Below, in pieces: positions 47,591-56,342 of a stretch of DNA of 64,000 bases. Each line of letters starts with the position of its first letter. The stretch's first letter is position 1. The notes under the pieces are model-generated. The model was not told the DNA's origin. It was given only the letters and a program-made list of their open reading frames with translations, and made no database searches. Source of the stretch: an uncultured Opitutales bacterium (GTDB lineage Bacteria; Verrucomicrobiota; Verrucomicrobiia; Opitutales; UBA9783); contig CALXMI010000052.1 in the NCBI GenBank assembly GCA_944389435.1, forward strand, positions 544 to 64,543. Direction: 5' to 3'. The translations under genes and the position numbers were made by a program.

Positions 47591-47725
47591 TCAAGCGCAC
47601 AACTTTCTGCGTCCCTTGCGACGTCTTGCGGCTAAGACTCCGCGTCCGCCCTTTGTAGCCTTTCTTGCGAAAAATCCACACATTCTGACTCGTTTTAATT
47701 TAGAGGGTGAATAAGTAGGTTGCAT
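47591..47725 (-). CDS. rpmH: 50S ribosomal protein L34
   Basis: Not in the track (44 aa). My translation is '[44 protein letters not shown]', with ATG at 47725-47723 and TGA at 47593-47591. Confidence 0.92.
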   Translation of the reverse strand: MQPTYSPSKLKRVRMCGFFARKATKGGRGVLAARRRKGRRKLCA

Positions 47726-47773
47726 AATACTATACAGGATTTGAAAAATTTACCGCTGGGTCAATCTTATTTT

Positions 47774-48742
47774 TTATTTATCTTCTTGTTTGGAAGCGCT
47801 TTCGTAAAGATTTTTAAGAATGTAACGTGGCCGATTTTGCAAAATTTGAAACATTCGCCCCACATACTCACCGATTAATCCAATACCTACCATGGCCACA
47901 CTTATCATAAAAAACAGGATTGCAAACAGTGTAAATATGCCATCAGCTTCCGGTCCACTCCACAAACGACGACCTAACAAATAAAGCATCCAAAGAAGGC
48001 TGGCCACCGAAAGCCCTAAGCTGATCAACGTAAACCATTGCAGTGGTACCAACGAAAATCCTGTCATTAAGTCGAAATGCGTTCTCAACAGATAATAAAG
48101 GCCATACTTTGTCTCGCCTTTAAAACGAGGTGCATGCTTCATCCCAACTTCCGTGTATCGGGACGCAAATTTATAGGCTAACGCTGGAATGAAAGCCGTA
48201 TAATCACCACAACGAACAACGGCATCCACAATCGACCGACGATAAGCCCTTAACATACAACCTTGATCGCGCATACATATGTCCGAAACTTTTGCCCGCA
48301 GCTTATTATCAAGCTTAGAGGCCCAATCCCGCCATTTAGCATCTTGTCGTTTCCCTAACCGCCAACTGCCCACGTAATCGTAGCCTTCGTCGATTTTTTC
48401 AAGTAACTTAGGTAATTCCTCAGGTGGATTTTGCAAGTCGGCATCCATTGTAAAAATGATTTCTCCGCGCACATGCTCAAAGCCGGCCCACAGCGCATTA
48501 TGATGACCGAAATTGCTGTTAAAATCTAAAATGCGGAAATAGTCCGGATACTTTTTAAACCACTTCAAGAGAGCTTCCAAGGTATGATCTTTGCTGCCAT
48601 CGTTCACAACAACAATTTCAAAAGTACGTCCCAATTTTTCTAAAACAGCAACCAACCGTGAACATAACTCGTCCACATTTGGCTCCTCATTATACATGGG
48701 GACAACAACAGATAATTCCGGAGAATTTAACGTAGCCATCAT
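47774..48742 (-). CDS. GT2 polyprenyl-phosphate glycosyltransferase (ArnC/DPM1-like) with C-terminal TM helices
   Basis: 'LSVVVPMYNEE', 'VVNDGSKD', 'MDADLQNPPEE', and two C-terminal TM segments. Confidence 0.88.
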   Translation of the reverse strand: MMATLNSPELSVVVPMYNEEPNVDELCSRLVAVLEKLGRTFEIVVVNDGSKDHTLEALLKWFKKYPDYFRILDFNSNFGHHNALWAGFEHVRGEIIFTMDADLQNPPEELPKLLEKIDEGYDYVGSWRLGKRQDAKWRDWASKLDNKLRAKVSDICMRDQGCMLRAYRRSIVDAVVRCGDYTAFIPALAYKFASRYTEVGMKHAPRFKGETKYGLYYLLRTHFDLMTGFSLVPLQWFTLISLGLSVASLLWMLYLLGRRLWSGPEADGIFTLFAILFFMISVAMVGIGLIGEYVGRMFQILQNRPRYILKNLYESASKQEDK

Positions 48743-50352
48743 GGTCTATTTGAGTATAAAATAAAATGCGGGTCCTGCGTCAAACGATAAACCGTATTTT
48801 CCGCCATCAAATCCTCAAAACGCTGCTTTTCTTGATGTCGCACAACCACGTAACAACGCTTATCTTCTTGCCAACGATTCAAGATAGCCGATCCCTGTAA
48901 ATAACGCCCACATCCTTCCTTTTTGTAGCCCAATGTATGCTCTTCCGGCACACAATCTATCGTACCTACAGACTGCTTCAAATAGAACGGTAAATCGTTG
49001 AAAAACCCGAAAGCACAAAAAACATCAACCTTTTCAGGACTCCGTTCGCGGATCGCTTGGCAGATTTGCTGCCCACTCAATTGCTGAAAATAAGCCATAC
49101 AAGCCGGAAAAATCCCGTAAAGCAACAGGGTGGTTGCCATCAGGGTATAAAAAGACATTTGTGGCCGTTTTCGAACAAGCCATAACGCCATCAGGGAACC
49201 CACAAAAAGAAGTCCCTGGACACCCCACATCAGTCCCCTTGGAATAGGCACGGTATGGTATTTCGCAGACGCAAAAACAAGCCCTACGCTCACCAACAGA
49301 AAAATCACTGCCCAGCAAACGTATTCCACTCGCAAACGACTCAAATCGATTTTCGAAAAACCATACGCCAAAACAATTGAGATGCCCGAGATTGCCGGCA
49401 AAACATAGGGAATCAATTGCGATTTCGATTGTGCAAAAAATAAAACAATGCCTACAGCCCAAATGATAGAAAAAGCAACCACCTGCTTTTCTTTTCGGCC
49501 TCCTTCAGCTTTTAGCGCTACCCACAAAGACCTTGGCAAAAAAAACAGCCAAGGCATAAGCCCCAGCAGAAAAGCATTGATCAAGAAATAAAAAGGACGT
49601 ACTCGATTATGCACGGTCGTCAAATACCGCTCAAAATGCTCATGCCAGAAATAAAAAACCCAAAAGCAAGAATGTCTATGCTGCACATAAACATGCCAAG
49701 GTACTACAATCAACAGAAATATGAGCAGGCCCCTCCCTAAATACATGTGTGGAATTTTTCTAAAATAACCCGTATAAAACAACCAAGGCAATCCAATAAG
49801 GCCCGGGAAAACAATACCAATAAGGCCTTTGGTCAAAACAGTTAGCGCCATGAAAACATAAGCCCACAAAAAACACCTTCGACTCGCTTTTGCATCCTCT
49901 TCTAAAAACCCGCTCGCAAATAACACTAGCGTCGTTGTTAAAAAGAACGTTAGCGTGTTGTCGATCGTCAGCACCTGACTCATGCCGAAAGCTAACCCCG
50001 ACGTCCCATAAATAAAGGCTGCCCATAAGCCTACGTTACAGCTCAAGAATTTTCGACAAAAACAATAAAGCACAAAGCAGGTTAACAAAGAATACAACGC
50101 ATTAAAGAATCGAACTCCCAAATGATTTTCGCCAAAAATTTTTTGACCTAAAGCAATTGACCAGTACGCCAACGGCGGCTTTTCAAAGTAAATAAGTCCG
50201 TTTAAGCGTGGAGTCATCCAATCGCCACTCGCCAACATATCACGCCCAATGCTGGCATACCGACCTTCATCAGGATTGGATAGTGGCCGCGAAGACAGAT
50301 GTGCAAAAAATAATACAGTTAAACACGAAAAAACTAAGAAAAACGTCCTCAT
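48739..50352 (-). CDS. ArnT/PMT_2-family (GT39/GT83) polytopic glycosyltransferase
   Basis: 'PDEGRYASIGRDMLASGDWMTPRLNGLIYFEKPPLAYW', with more than 10 TM segments. It overlaps the GT2 start by 4 nt. Confidence 0.85.
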   Translation of the reverse strand: MRTFFLVFSCLTVLFFAHLSSRPLSNPDEGRYASIGRDMLASGDWMTPRLNGLIYFEKPPLAYWSIALGQKIFGENHLGVRFFNALYSLLTCFVLYCFCRKFLSCNVGLWAAFIYGTSGLAFGMSQVLTIDNTLTFFLTTTLVLFASGFLEEDAKASRRCFLWAYVFMALTVLTKGLIGIVFPGLIGLPWLFYTGYFRKIPHMYLGRGLLIFLLIVVPWHVYVQHRHSCFWVFYFWHEHFERYLTTVHNRVRPFYFLINAFLLGLMPWLFFLPRSLWVALKAEGGRKEKQVVAFSIIWAVGIVLFFAQSKSQLIPYVLPAISGISIVLAYGFSKIDLSRLRVEYVCWAVIFLLVSVGLVFASAKYHTVPIPRGLMWGVQGLLFVGSLMALWLVRKRPQMSFYTLMATTLLLYGIFPACMAYFQQLSGQQICQAIRERSPEKVDVFCAFGFFNDLPFYLKQSVGTIDCVPEEHTLGYKKEGCGRYLQGSAILNRWQEDKRCYVVVRHQEKQRFEDLMAENTVYRLTQDPHFILYSNRP

Positions 50353-50495
50353 TATGACTTTCAGAGTAGTCTATTTTTGAATTTTTTGTAAAGCGTATTT
50401 TAACAAAATTAACACGTTGATACGTCTGTAATCCTCAACCAACAAGGAACACCATAACACACCGGAACTTTAAGGCATACAAGTCTGGCTACTCT

Positions 50496-51329
50496 CTAAA
50501 AACCCACCAGTCGAATGCCCAATTTTTTCGCCTCAGCAAGCACGTTTTTCTTGTCAAGAATGAGTGTACGCTGGCTTTCTAACGCGGCCCAAGCAATACC
50601 GGCAGCATGCATCTTTTGAAGCGTTGTAAGGCCAAAAACCGGGATATCATACCGGAAATCCTGCGTTTTTTTCGCAAGCTTAATAATGCCCATAGGCTTT
50701 GAACAAATACCGCCTGCACGCTCGATCATTGCGTCGGTCCCATCAAAGCCTTCAGCAATGATGGTCGTACCTTTACACACAACAACGCTTTGTCCAACGT
50801 CCAGCTCCGCAAGCTGTTGGCAAACATGAATACCATGTTTTAGCTCGTAATCTTCAATCTTTACGCCGAACGTAGGCGTTATGTCACCCATAGTTGCCAG
50901 TTGGTCCTCCACAAAACAACGTGCATCTAGGACCTGTATATCCAACGCTTCCATTTCCCGAATAAGGGTACCAAAAATCGTTGTCGCATTCTTCTGCTTT
51001 AGTTTTGTGAGCAGCGTAATAGCTTTCAAGTCTGGAATAAGCCCGTGAAACAGCTTCTTGGGCTTGATTTGTCCAATAAGTGTCACGTAACGCGCATCTA
51101 GCTTTTTCAAGGCCTTCAGCCAGACACCCACCTGCCCGATAGACTGCTTAAAACATAGACTTTTTGGGATATCGTTTAGCCAATCGGCTTCTTCGAAAGC
51201 AAAAATATAACACCGAAAGCCAGCAGCCTGCATTCTTTGCCAAACCAAACGCGGATAATCGCCACGCCCCGCTAGCAAAACAAACGTTTTGCTGCGATCA
51301 AAATTTTGTGGGAAAAAGCCACTCATCAC
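50496..51329 (-). CDS. lpxI: UDP-2,3-diacylglucosamine pyrophosphatase LpxI (DUF1009)
   Basis: 277 aa. 'LAELDVGQSVVVCKGTTIIAEGFDGTDAMIERAG', 'LAKKTQDFRYDIPVFG'. Confidence 0.75.
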   Translation of the reverse strand: MMSGFFPQNFDRSKTFVLLAGRGDYPRLVWQRMQAAGFRCYIFAFEEADWLNDIPKSLCFKQSIGQVGVWLKALKKLDARYVTLIGQIKPKKLFHGLIPDLKAITLLTKLKQKNATTIFGTLIREMEALDIQVLDARCFVEDQLATMGDITPTFGVKIEDYELKHGIHVCQQLAELDVGQSVVVCKGTTIIAEGFDGTDAMIERAGGICSKPMGIIKLAKKTQDFRYDIPVFGLTTLQKMHAAGIAWAALESQRTLILDKKNVLAEAKKLGIRLVGF

Positions 51330-53890
51330 CGTACAACAAAATTGACAAGCCTCTTAGGAACATAAATAGTCTTCACCAATGTACCTTTTTCGAGGTAAGA
51401 AATGACCTTCGAAATACGCTTGGCGGCTTCAATGACTTCTTCTTGCGAAGCATCCATTGGCAGAGAAATTTCGTCGCGTACCTTACCGTTAACTTGAACC
51501 ACATACTTAGCTTCTGTATGGATACATTTGCTGGGATCAAATTGTGGCCAAGGTGCATCGACAATAGAACCCTGCTCGCCTAGGCGCTCCCAAAGTTCTT
51601 CGCAGATATGCGGTGCAAATGGAGCCAAAAGCTGCAGAAAAATCCTTGCAGAGGGCTTTGTGATCTTTTTTGCCTTTTGCATCTGATTAACACAAATCAT
51701 CAACTGCGAAATGGCGGTATTAAAACGTAGATTGTCAATATCCTCTGTTACCTTGGCAATCGTCTCATGCAATACCTTCTCGAACGTTGGCTCATCGGTA
51801 TCACCACCTATTTTTTTCGAAATTTGGCCTTCGATATCGATAAATTCACGCCAAACCTTTTTGAGAAACCGATAAACGCCTTCGACATTTTGTAAGCTCC
51901 ACGGCTTAGAGGCCTCCAAAGGCCCTAAGAACATTTCATATAGGCGCAAAGAGTCCGCACCATACTCATCGATCACCGTATTTGGATTGACGACGTTCCC
52001 TAACGACTTTGACATTTTGTTGCCATCAGGACCCAAAATAATGCCAGGGTGAAACAGTTTTATGAACGGTTCGGAAGTTGGAAGTAAGCCCAAATCGAAC
52101 AAGAATTGATGCCAAAAGCGCGCATACAATAAATGCAAAACGGCATGCTCGGCCCCACCAACATAAATATCGGGTGTTTTCCAGTAAGCAACCTCCTTGG
52201 GATCTACTATACCCTCTTCAAAATCGGGAGACAAATAGCGTAAATAATACCAGCAAGAACCGGCCCACTGCGGCATAGTATTTGTTTCGCGCGTTCCCTC
52301 AATCCAATCGCCCTCTGCTTGCCCATCCGCAGGCAAAATTTCACCGGTTACCAAATTCAACTTTACATGCAGCCATTTCGAATCCGCATTTTGCAAAACC
52401 GTTGTCGCCCCTTGATTGGGCTTGTAAGAAGACACCTCTGGCAATGTTAAAGGCAAGTGCTTAGACGTTAACGGAACCGCATAAACGGTACCACTTGAAG
52501 TCGTATATGCAATCGGCTTTTGCGGCAAAAATTCCTGAAAGGGTGATGTTTTTAAGCCTTCTAAACGCTTATAATCGGTCTCTTTTACCCAAATAATAGG
52601 GAAGGGCTCACCCCAGTAACGTTGACGCGAAAACAACCAATCATGCAACTTATACTGTACGGTCGTTTGACCAATACCAGCGTCACCCAACCGCTTTAGA
52701 ATAGCTTTTCGAGCTTCTTGTGTACTTAGAGCCGAAAATTCACCTGAATTTACCAACGTACCCTCACTGCAGAACGGCAATGGAGATTCTTCTGATCCCT
52801 GAATCACTTGTTTAACCGGCAAGTGGTAGGTTTGGGCAAATTCAAAATCGCGCTCATCATGAGCCGGAACGCCCATGACGACGCCTGTCCCATGATGCAT
52901 AAGGATGTAATCTGAAACCCAAATCGGTATACGTTCACTGGTAAGAGGATGAATCGCGTAAGTGCCCGTAAATACCCCAGTTTTATTTTTGGCTAAATCC
53001 GTACGCTCAAGGTCACTTTTGGCCGCTACTTGCTTGCAGTAATCCTGAACACACGTCTGTTGATCAGCAGACACCAATTGCGCCAAAAGCGGATGCTCCG
53101 GAGCTATCGCGATGAAAGAAACACCGAAAAAGGTATCTGGTCGTGTCGTAAAGACTTCTAAAGAAGCGCCTGACTCTGTTTTGAAACGAATGAGGCCGCC
53201 TTCCGAACGTCCAATCCATGCCGTTTGTTGACGCTTGGTTGCCTCAGGCCAATCTAGGTTTTCGACCCCCTTTAAGAGCTTGTCACCGTAAGCCGTAATC
53301 CTCAAGACCCACTGTAATAAAGACCGACGTTCTACCGGATAATGACCACGCTCGGATTTGCCATCGATCACTTCCTCGTTTGCCAAGACGGTTCCTAATT
53401 CAGGGCACCACCATACCGGCTTTTTATCCACGTAAGCCAATCCGTGCTTAAATAATTGCAAAAAGATCCATTGCGTCCAACGGAAATACTTGGGTTGTGT
53501 CGTATTAACTTCGCGGCGCCAGTCAATCCCCAGGCCAATGCGCTGCATCTGCTGGCGAAAATTATCAATATTATTTTGTGTGTTAATGGACGGATGCAAC
53601 CCGGTTGAAATCGCATGTTGCTCAGCAGGCAAACCAAAGGCATCCCAACCCATCGCGTGCAACACATTGAATCCATTGGCCCTTTTGTATCGGCCGATAA
53701 TGTCCGTGGCCGTATAGCCTTCAACGTGCCCCACGTGCAAACCAGCTCCCGATGGATAAGGAAACATATCCAAAACCCAATACTTTTTTTTGTTAAAATC
53801 TATGTTTGCCTCAAAGGTCTTTTTTTCAGCCCAAAAAGCATGCCAACGTGCCTCGATTGACTTAAAATCGTATTCGCCTGTTTTTAACAT
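51326..53890 (-). CDS. leuS: Leucine--tRNA ligase
   Basis: 'FPYPSGAGLHVGHVEGY' (HIGH) and 'KMSKSLGN'. The ATG at 53890 ('MLKTGEYDFKSIE') is preferred over the track start. Confidence 0.96.
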   Translation of the reverse strand: MLKTGEYDFKSIEARWHAFWAEKKTFEANIDFNKKKYWVLDMFPYPSGAGLHVGHVEGYTATDIIGRYKRANGFNVLHAMGWDAFGLPAEQHAISTGLHPSINTQNNIDNFRQQMQRIGLGIDWRREVNTTQPKYFRWTQWIFLQLFKHGLAYVDKKPVWWCPELGTVLANEEVIDGKSERGHYPVERRSLLQWVLRITAYGDKLLKGVENLDWPEATKRQQTAWIGRSEGGLIRFKTESGASLEVFTTRPDTFFGVSFIAIAPEHPLLAQLVSADQQTCVQDYCKQVAAKSDLERTDLAKNKTGVFTGTYAIHPLTSERIPIWVSDYILMHHGTGVVMGVPAHDERDFEFAQTYHLPVKQVIQGSEESPLPFCSEGTLVNSGEFSALSTQEARKAILKRLGDAGIGQTTVQYKLHDWLFSRQRYWGEPFPIIWVKETDYKRLEGLKTSPFQEFLPQKPIAYTTSSGTVYAVPLTSKHLPLTLPEVSSYKPNQGATTVLQNADSKWLHVKLNLVTGEILPADGQAEGDWIEGTRETNTMPQWAGSCWYYLRYLSPDFEEGIVDPKEVAYWKTPDIYVGGAEHAVLHLLYARFWHQFLFDLGLLPTSEPFIKLFHPGIILGPDGNKMSKSLGNVVNPNTVIDEYGADSLRLYEMFLGPLEASKPWSLQNVEGVYRFLKKVWREFIDIEGQISKKIGGDTDEPTFEKVLHETIAKVTEDIDNLRFNTAISQLMICVNQMQKAKKITKPSARIFLQLLAPFAPHICEELWERLGEQGSIVDAPWPQFDPSKCIHTEAKYVVQVNGKVRDEISLPMDASQEEVIEAAKRISKVISYLEKGTLVKTIYVPKRLVNFVVR

Positions 53891-54102
53891 CTTGTAGCAC
53901 ATCTTGCCCCAATTTTTGCAACAATGCAATCAAATTTTGCTGAAGAGGATAAGTGAAAGAAGTTGACGTGACGATGCTTAGTGCACAGAGCCTAGAAAAC
54001 CTCATTTGAAACCTATGTACTCACCCATTCCATGGAAATATCGATGAACGCTCCAAGAGCACATAAACGACTACAGCCGTTAAAGACAACAGCCATGAAA
54101 AG

Positions 54103-54164
54103 TAAAAAAAAAAATATCTATAAAACGAACAAAGGCGCGGAAGATAACTTCCGTGCCTTTGTTC
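54103..54164 (-). terminator. Rho-independent terminator of rpsB-tsf
   Basis: A 17-bp stem (54127-54143 / 54148-54164, with one G-U pair) and loop 'ataa'. On the minus strand it is followed by 'gttttatagatattttttttttt'. It begins 15 nt after the tsf stop. Confidence 0.85.
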
Positions 54165-54178
54165 GTCCAACAAAAGGA

Positions 54179-54769
54179 TTACTCCCCCAATTGAAAGCGA
54201 ACAAAACGCCTTATGACAATGTTTTCGCCCATCTTCGCAATTTTAGATGTAATCAAAGCCTGAACTGTTAAGGAAGAATCTTTTACAAACGGCTGCTCAA
54301 GCAAGCAAATTTCACCCAACCACTTGTTTAACTTTCCTTCGACAATCTTCTCAATAGCCGAAGCTGGCTTACCAGCACACTGTGCCTTGGCAATCTCGCG
54401 CTCCTTTTCGATGGCCTCTGCAGGCACATCTTCGCGCTTCAAATACAAAGGATTGGCTGCCGCAACGTGCATGCAAATGTCCGATACGAGCTGCTTAAAT
54501 TCTTCGTTACGAGCAACGAAATCAGTTTCGCAGTTGATTTCAACCAAAACTCCCAACTTGCCACCCATATGAATATAGGAACCAATCAAACCTTCTTGGG
54601 CCGAACGTCCTGCCTTTTTGGCTGCACTTGCAATACCCTTTTTTTTCAAAATAACAATGGCCTCTTCTTCGTTTCCATTGCTTTCCATCAAAGCTTTCTT
54701 GCAATCTATCAAACCTGCGCCTGTTTTTGCACGCAAAGCAGCCACCATACTAGCACTAATCTCACTCAT
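54179..54769 (-). CDS. tsf: Elongation factor Ts (short form)
   Basis: 196 aa. UBA-like N-terminus '[23 protein letters not shown]', and '[15 protein letters not shown]'. Confidence 0.95.
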   Translation of the reverse strand: MSEISASMVAALRAKTGAGLIDCKKALMESNGNEEEAIVILKKKGIASAAKKAGRSAQEGLIGSYIHMGGKLGVLVEINCETDFVARNEEFKQLVSDICMHVAAANPLYLKREDVPAEAIEKEREIAKAQCAGKPASAIEKIVEGKLNKWLGEICLLEQPFVKDSSLTVQALITSKIAKMGENIVIRRFVRFQLGE

Positions 54770-54770
54770 T

Positions 54771-55685
54771 TTACTTTTCCTCCGTAACTTCTGATGGCTT
54801 TTCTTCTACTTCTTCTACCTTTATATCCGCAGGTTTTTCTTCAACCTTAGCAACATCGGCTGCCTTTTTGGCTTCCAACCTTGCTCCGGAATTGACTGAC
54901 TTTTTTACTTCCGATGCTTTTTCTGCACGTGGCTTGCGAGATTTGGCCTTAGCTGCACTAGCAACCTCTGTTGAAATATCTTTGTTGCTTGCACGATTTA
55001 ATTTGCGCAATTCAAGACCCTGCTCAATCGCCTGGCGTAAGTACTCAAAAATAATACGCAAAGCTTTTACAGAATCATCATTAGCTGGAATTGGGAAGTC
55101 CAAAACTGTTGGATCCGAATTCGTATCGACAACGCCAATAACAGGGATTTGCAAACGACGAGCCTCGCGGATCGCAATCGCTTCATGCGTGGCGTCAATA
55201 ACAAACAAAATATCGGGTCGTTTCTCAAGCGTACGGATACCTTCAAATCCACGATGCATACGAACCATTTCGCGACGGATTACCGAGCCTTCTTTCTTTG
55301 GCAACTTATTCAACTCCCCAGTTTCCTCCATAGTCAAAAAGCGCTGATACTTAGCCAAACTTGTCTTAACCGTTTCGAAGTTTGTCAAGCATCCGCCCAA
55401 CCAACGATTGGCACAAAAAGGCATTCCAACGGCCTGACCCAATTCGCGGACAAGCTCCTGAGCTTGCAATTTCGTACCAACCAACAGTACATTTGCGCCA
55501 TCTTTGATGCGTTCTGTCAAAAAAGCCGCAGCTTTTTCCAAACACTTTTGGGTACGTTCCAAGTCAATAATGGAAACTCCATGAATATTGCGGTACAAAT
55601 AAGGACCGAACTTTGGATTCCAACGTTTTGTCTGATGGCCAAAATGCACACCCGACTCTATCATGCTTTCGTAATCTAATTCCAT
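54771..55685 (-). CDS. rpsB: 30S ribosomal protein S2 with a Lys/Glu/Ala-rich C-terminal tail
   Basis: '[15 protein letters not shown]', '[34 protein letters not shown]', and a tail of about 60 aa, '...[25 protein letters not shown]'. Confidence 0.95.
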   Translation of the reverse strand: MELDYESMIESGVHFGHQTKRWNPKFGPYLYRNIHGVSIIDLERTQKCLEKAAAFLTERIKDGANVLLVGTKLQAQELVRELGQAVGMPFCANRWLGGCLTNFETVKTSLAKYQRFLTMEETGELNKLPKKEGSVIRREMVRMHRGFEGIRTLEKRPDILFVIDATHEAIAIREARRLQIPVIGVVDTNSDPTVLDFPIPANDDSVKALRIIFEYLRQAIEQGLELRKLNRASNKDISTEVASAAKAKSRKPRAEKASEVKKSVNSGARLEAKKAADVAKVEEKPADIKVEEVEEKPSEVTEEK

Positions 55686-56001
55686 ACGATCTTCTCCGTC
55701 TTCTTTTTAGAATCTAGGATATTGTTGTTAAGGGTTAATGCGACTATGAGAAACCTTTTTTCTCCTCAAGGCAAGCGAATAAATAAAATTTTTGCAATCA
55801 TACCACGACCGCCTCCAACCCCTTCAATGAACCCTTTCGCAACCACTCACGAGTGCACCACAACACCAAAATACACAGGTGCGCAACCGCTCATGATTTT
55901 AACAAGCAAGCATGCATGCAGAACGCACGACACCTTCTCCTCTCCTCACAAAGGTCGAACCTTGCAACACAAACTTTCAGTCCAGTCATAAATCCATCGT
56001 A

Positions 56002-56031
56002 GTCAGCTAAAAGCCGGCTGAAGGTGCCGGC
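56002..56031 (-). promoter_or_regulatory. GC hairpin plus U-tract on the minus strand within the long rpsB upstream region (candidate attenuator/terminator)
   Basis: GCCGGC (56026-31) / GCCGGC (56013-18) with a 7-nt loop. On the minus strand it is followed by 'ttttagctgac'. Confidence 0.35.
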
Positions 56032-56342
56032 GACCTCTCTTTATCTCTTTATTGACCTCCTTTACACCACGCTCACACTCCAACGCTTCTTCTATCACAG
56101 ACATTTCCAGACTCAATTTTCCAAAACTAAAGCTATATTCCATCTCAAAGAGGAACGCTTACTGAAATCCTTTTCTTTGCATCTTTGGATGTCTAATTCT
56201 GTCAGTAATCTATTTGTTGGAGCTTTCGAAGGAACGTGATCCATATTCTTGTATCTCGCAAAAATTCTCACAAAAACACTACCGTATTCTAAAAAATCAC
56301 CCAACTGCGCAACAACCTTCCTTAGAAAAAAAGTTGCAATAT

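Noticed and set aside
47581-47773. Replication origin next to rpmH-rnpA-yidD-yidC
   Set aside because: This cluster often flanks dnaA/oriC. Here only 48 bp separate rpmH from the next co-oriented gene, no dnaA or dnaN is present, and I saw no DnaA-box clusters.
54868-55679. 159-aa and 176-aa + strand ORFs
   Set aside because: Both are antisense to the highly conserved rpsB and are Ser/Arg/Phe-rich shadow frames of a real gene.
55940-55970. tRNA or tmRNA T-arm-like 'GGTTCGACC' on the minus strand
   Set aside because: It forms only a 5-bp stem with a 5-nt loop. No acceptor, D or anticodon arms are nearby, and no tmRNA tag or 3' CCA context is present.
55722-55991. 89-aa + strand ORF in the rpsB upstream region
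   Set aside because: It has Pro/Thr-rich low-complexity composition and no RBS. It is better explained as non-coding leader sequence.
56113-56304. 63-aa minus-strand ORF upstream of the hairpin at 56002-56031
   Set aside because: It has no recognisable motif or ribosome-binding site and overlaps the possible 5' extension of the repeat-protein gene. I keep it only as a caveat on the rpsB upstream region finding.
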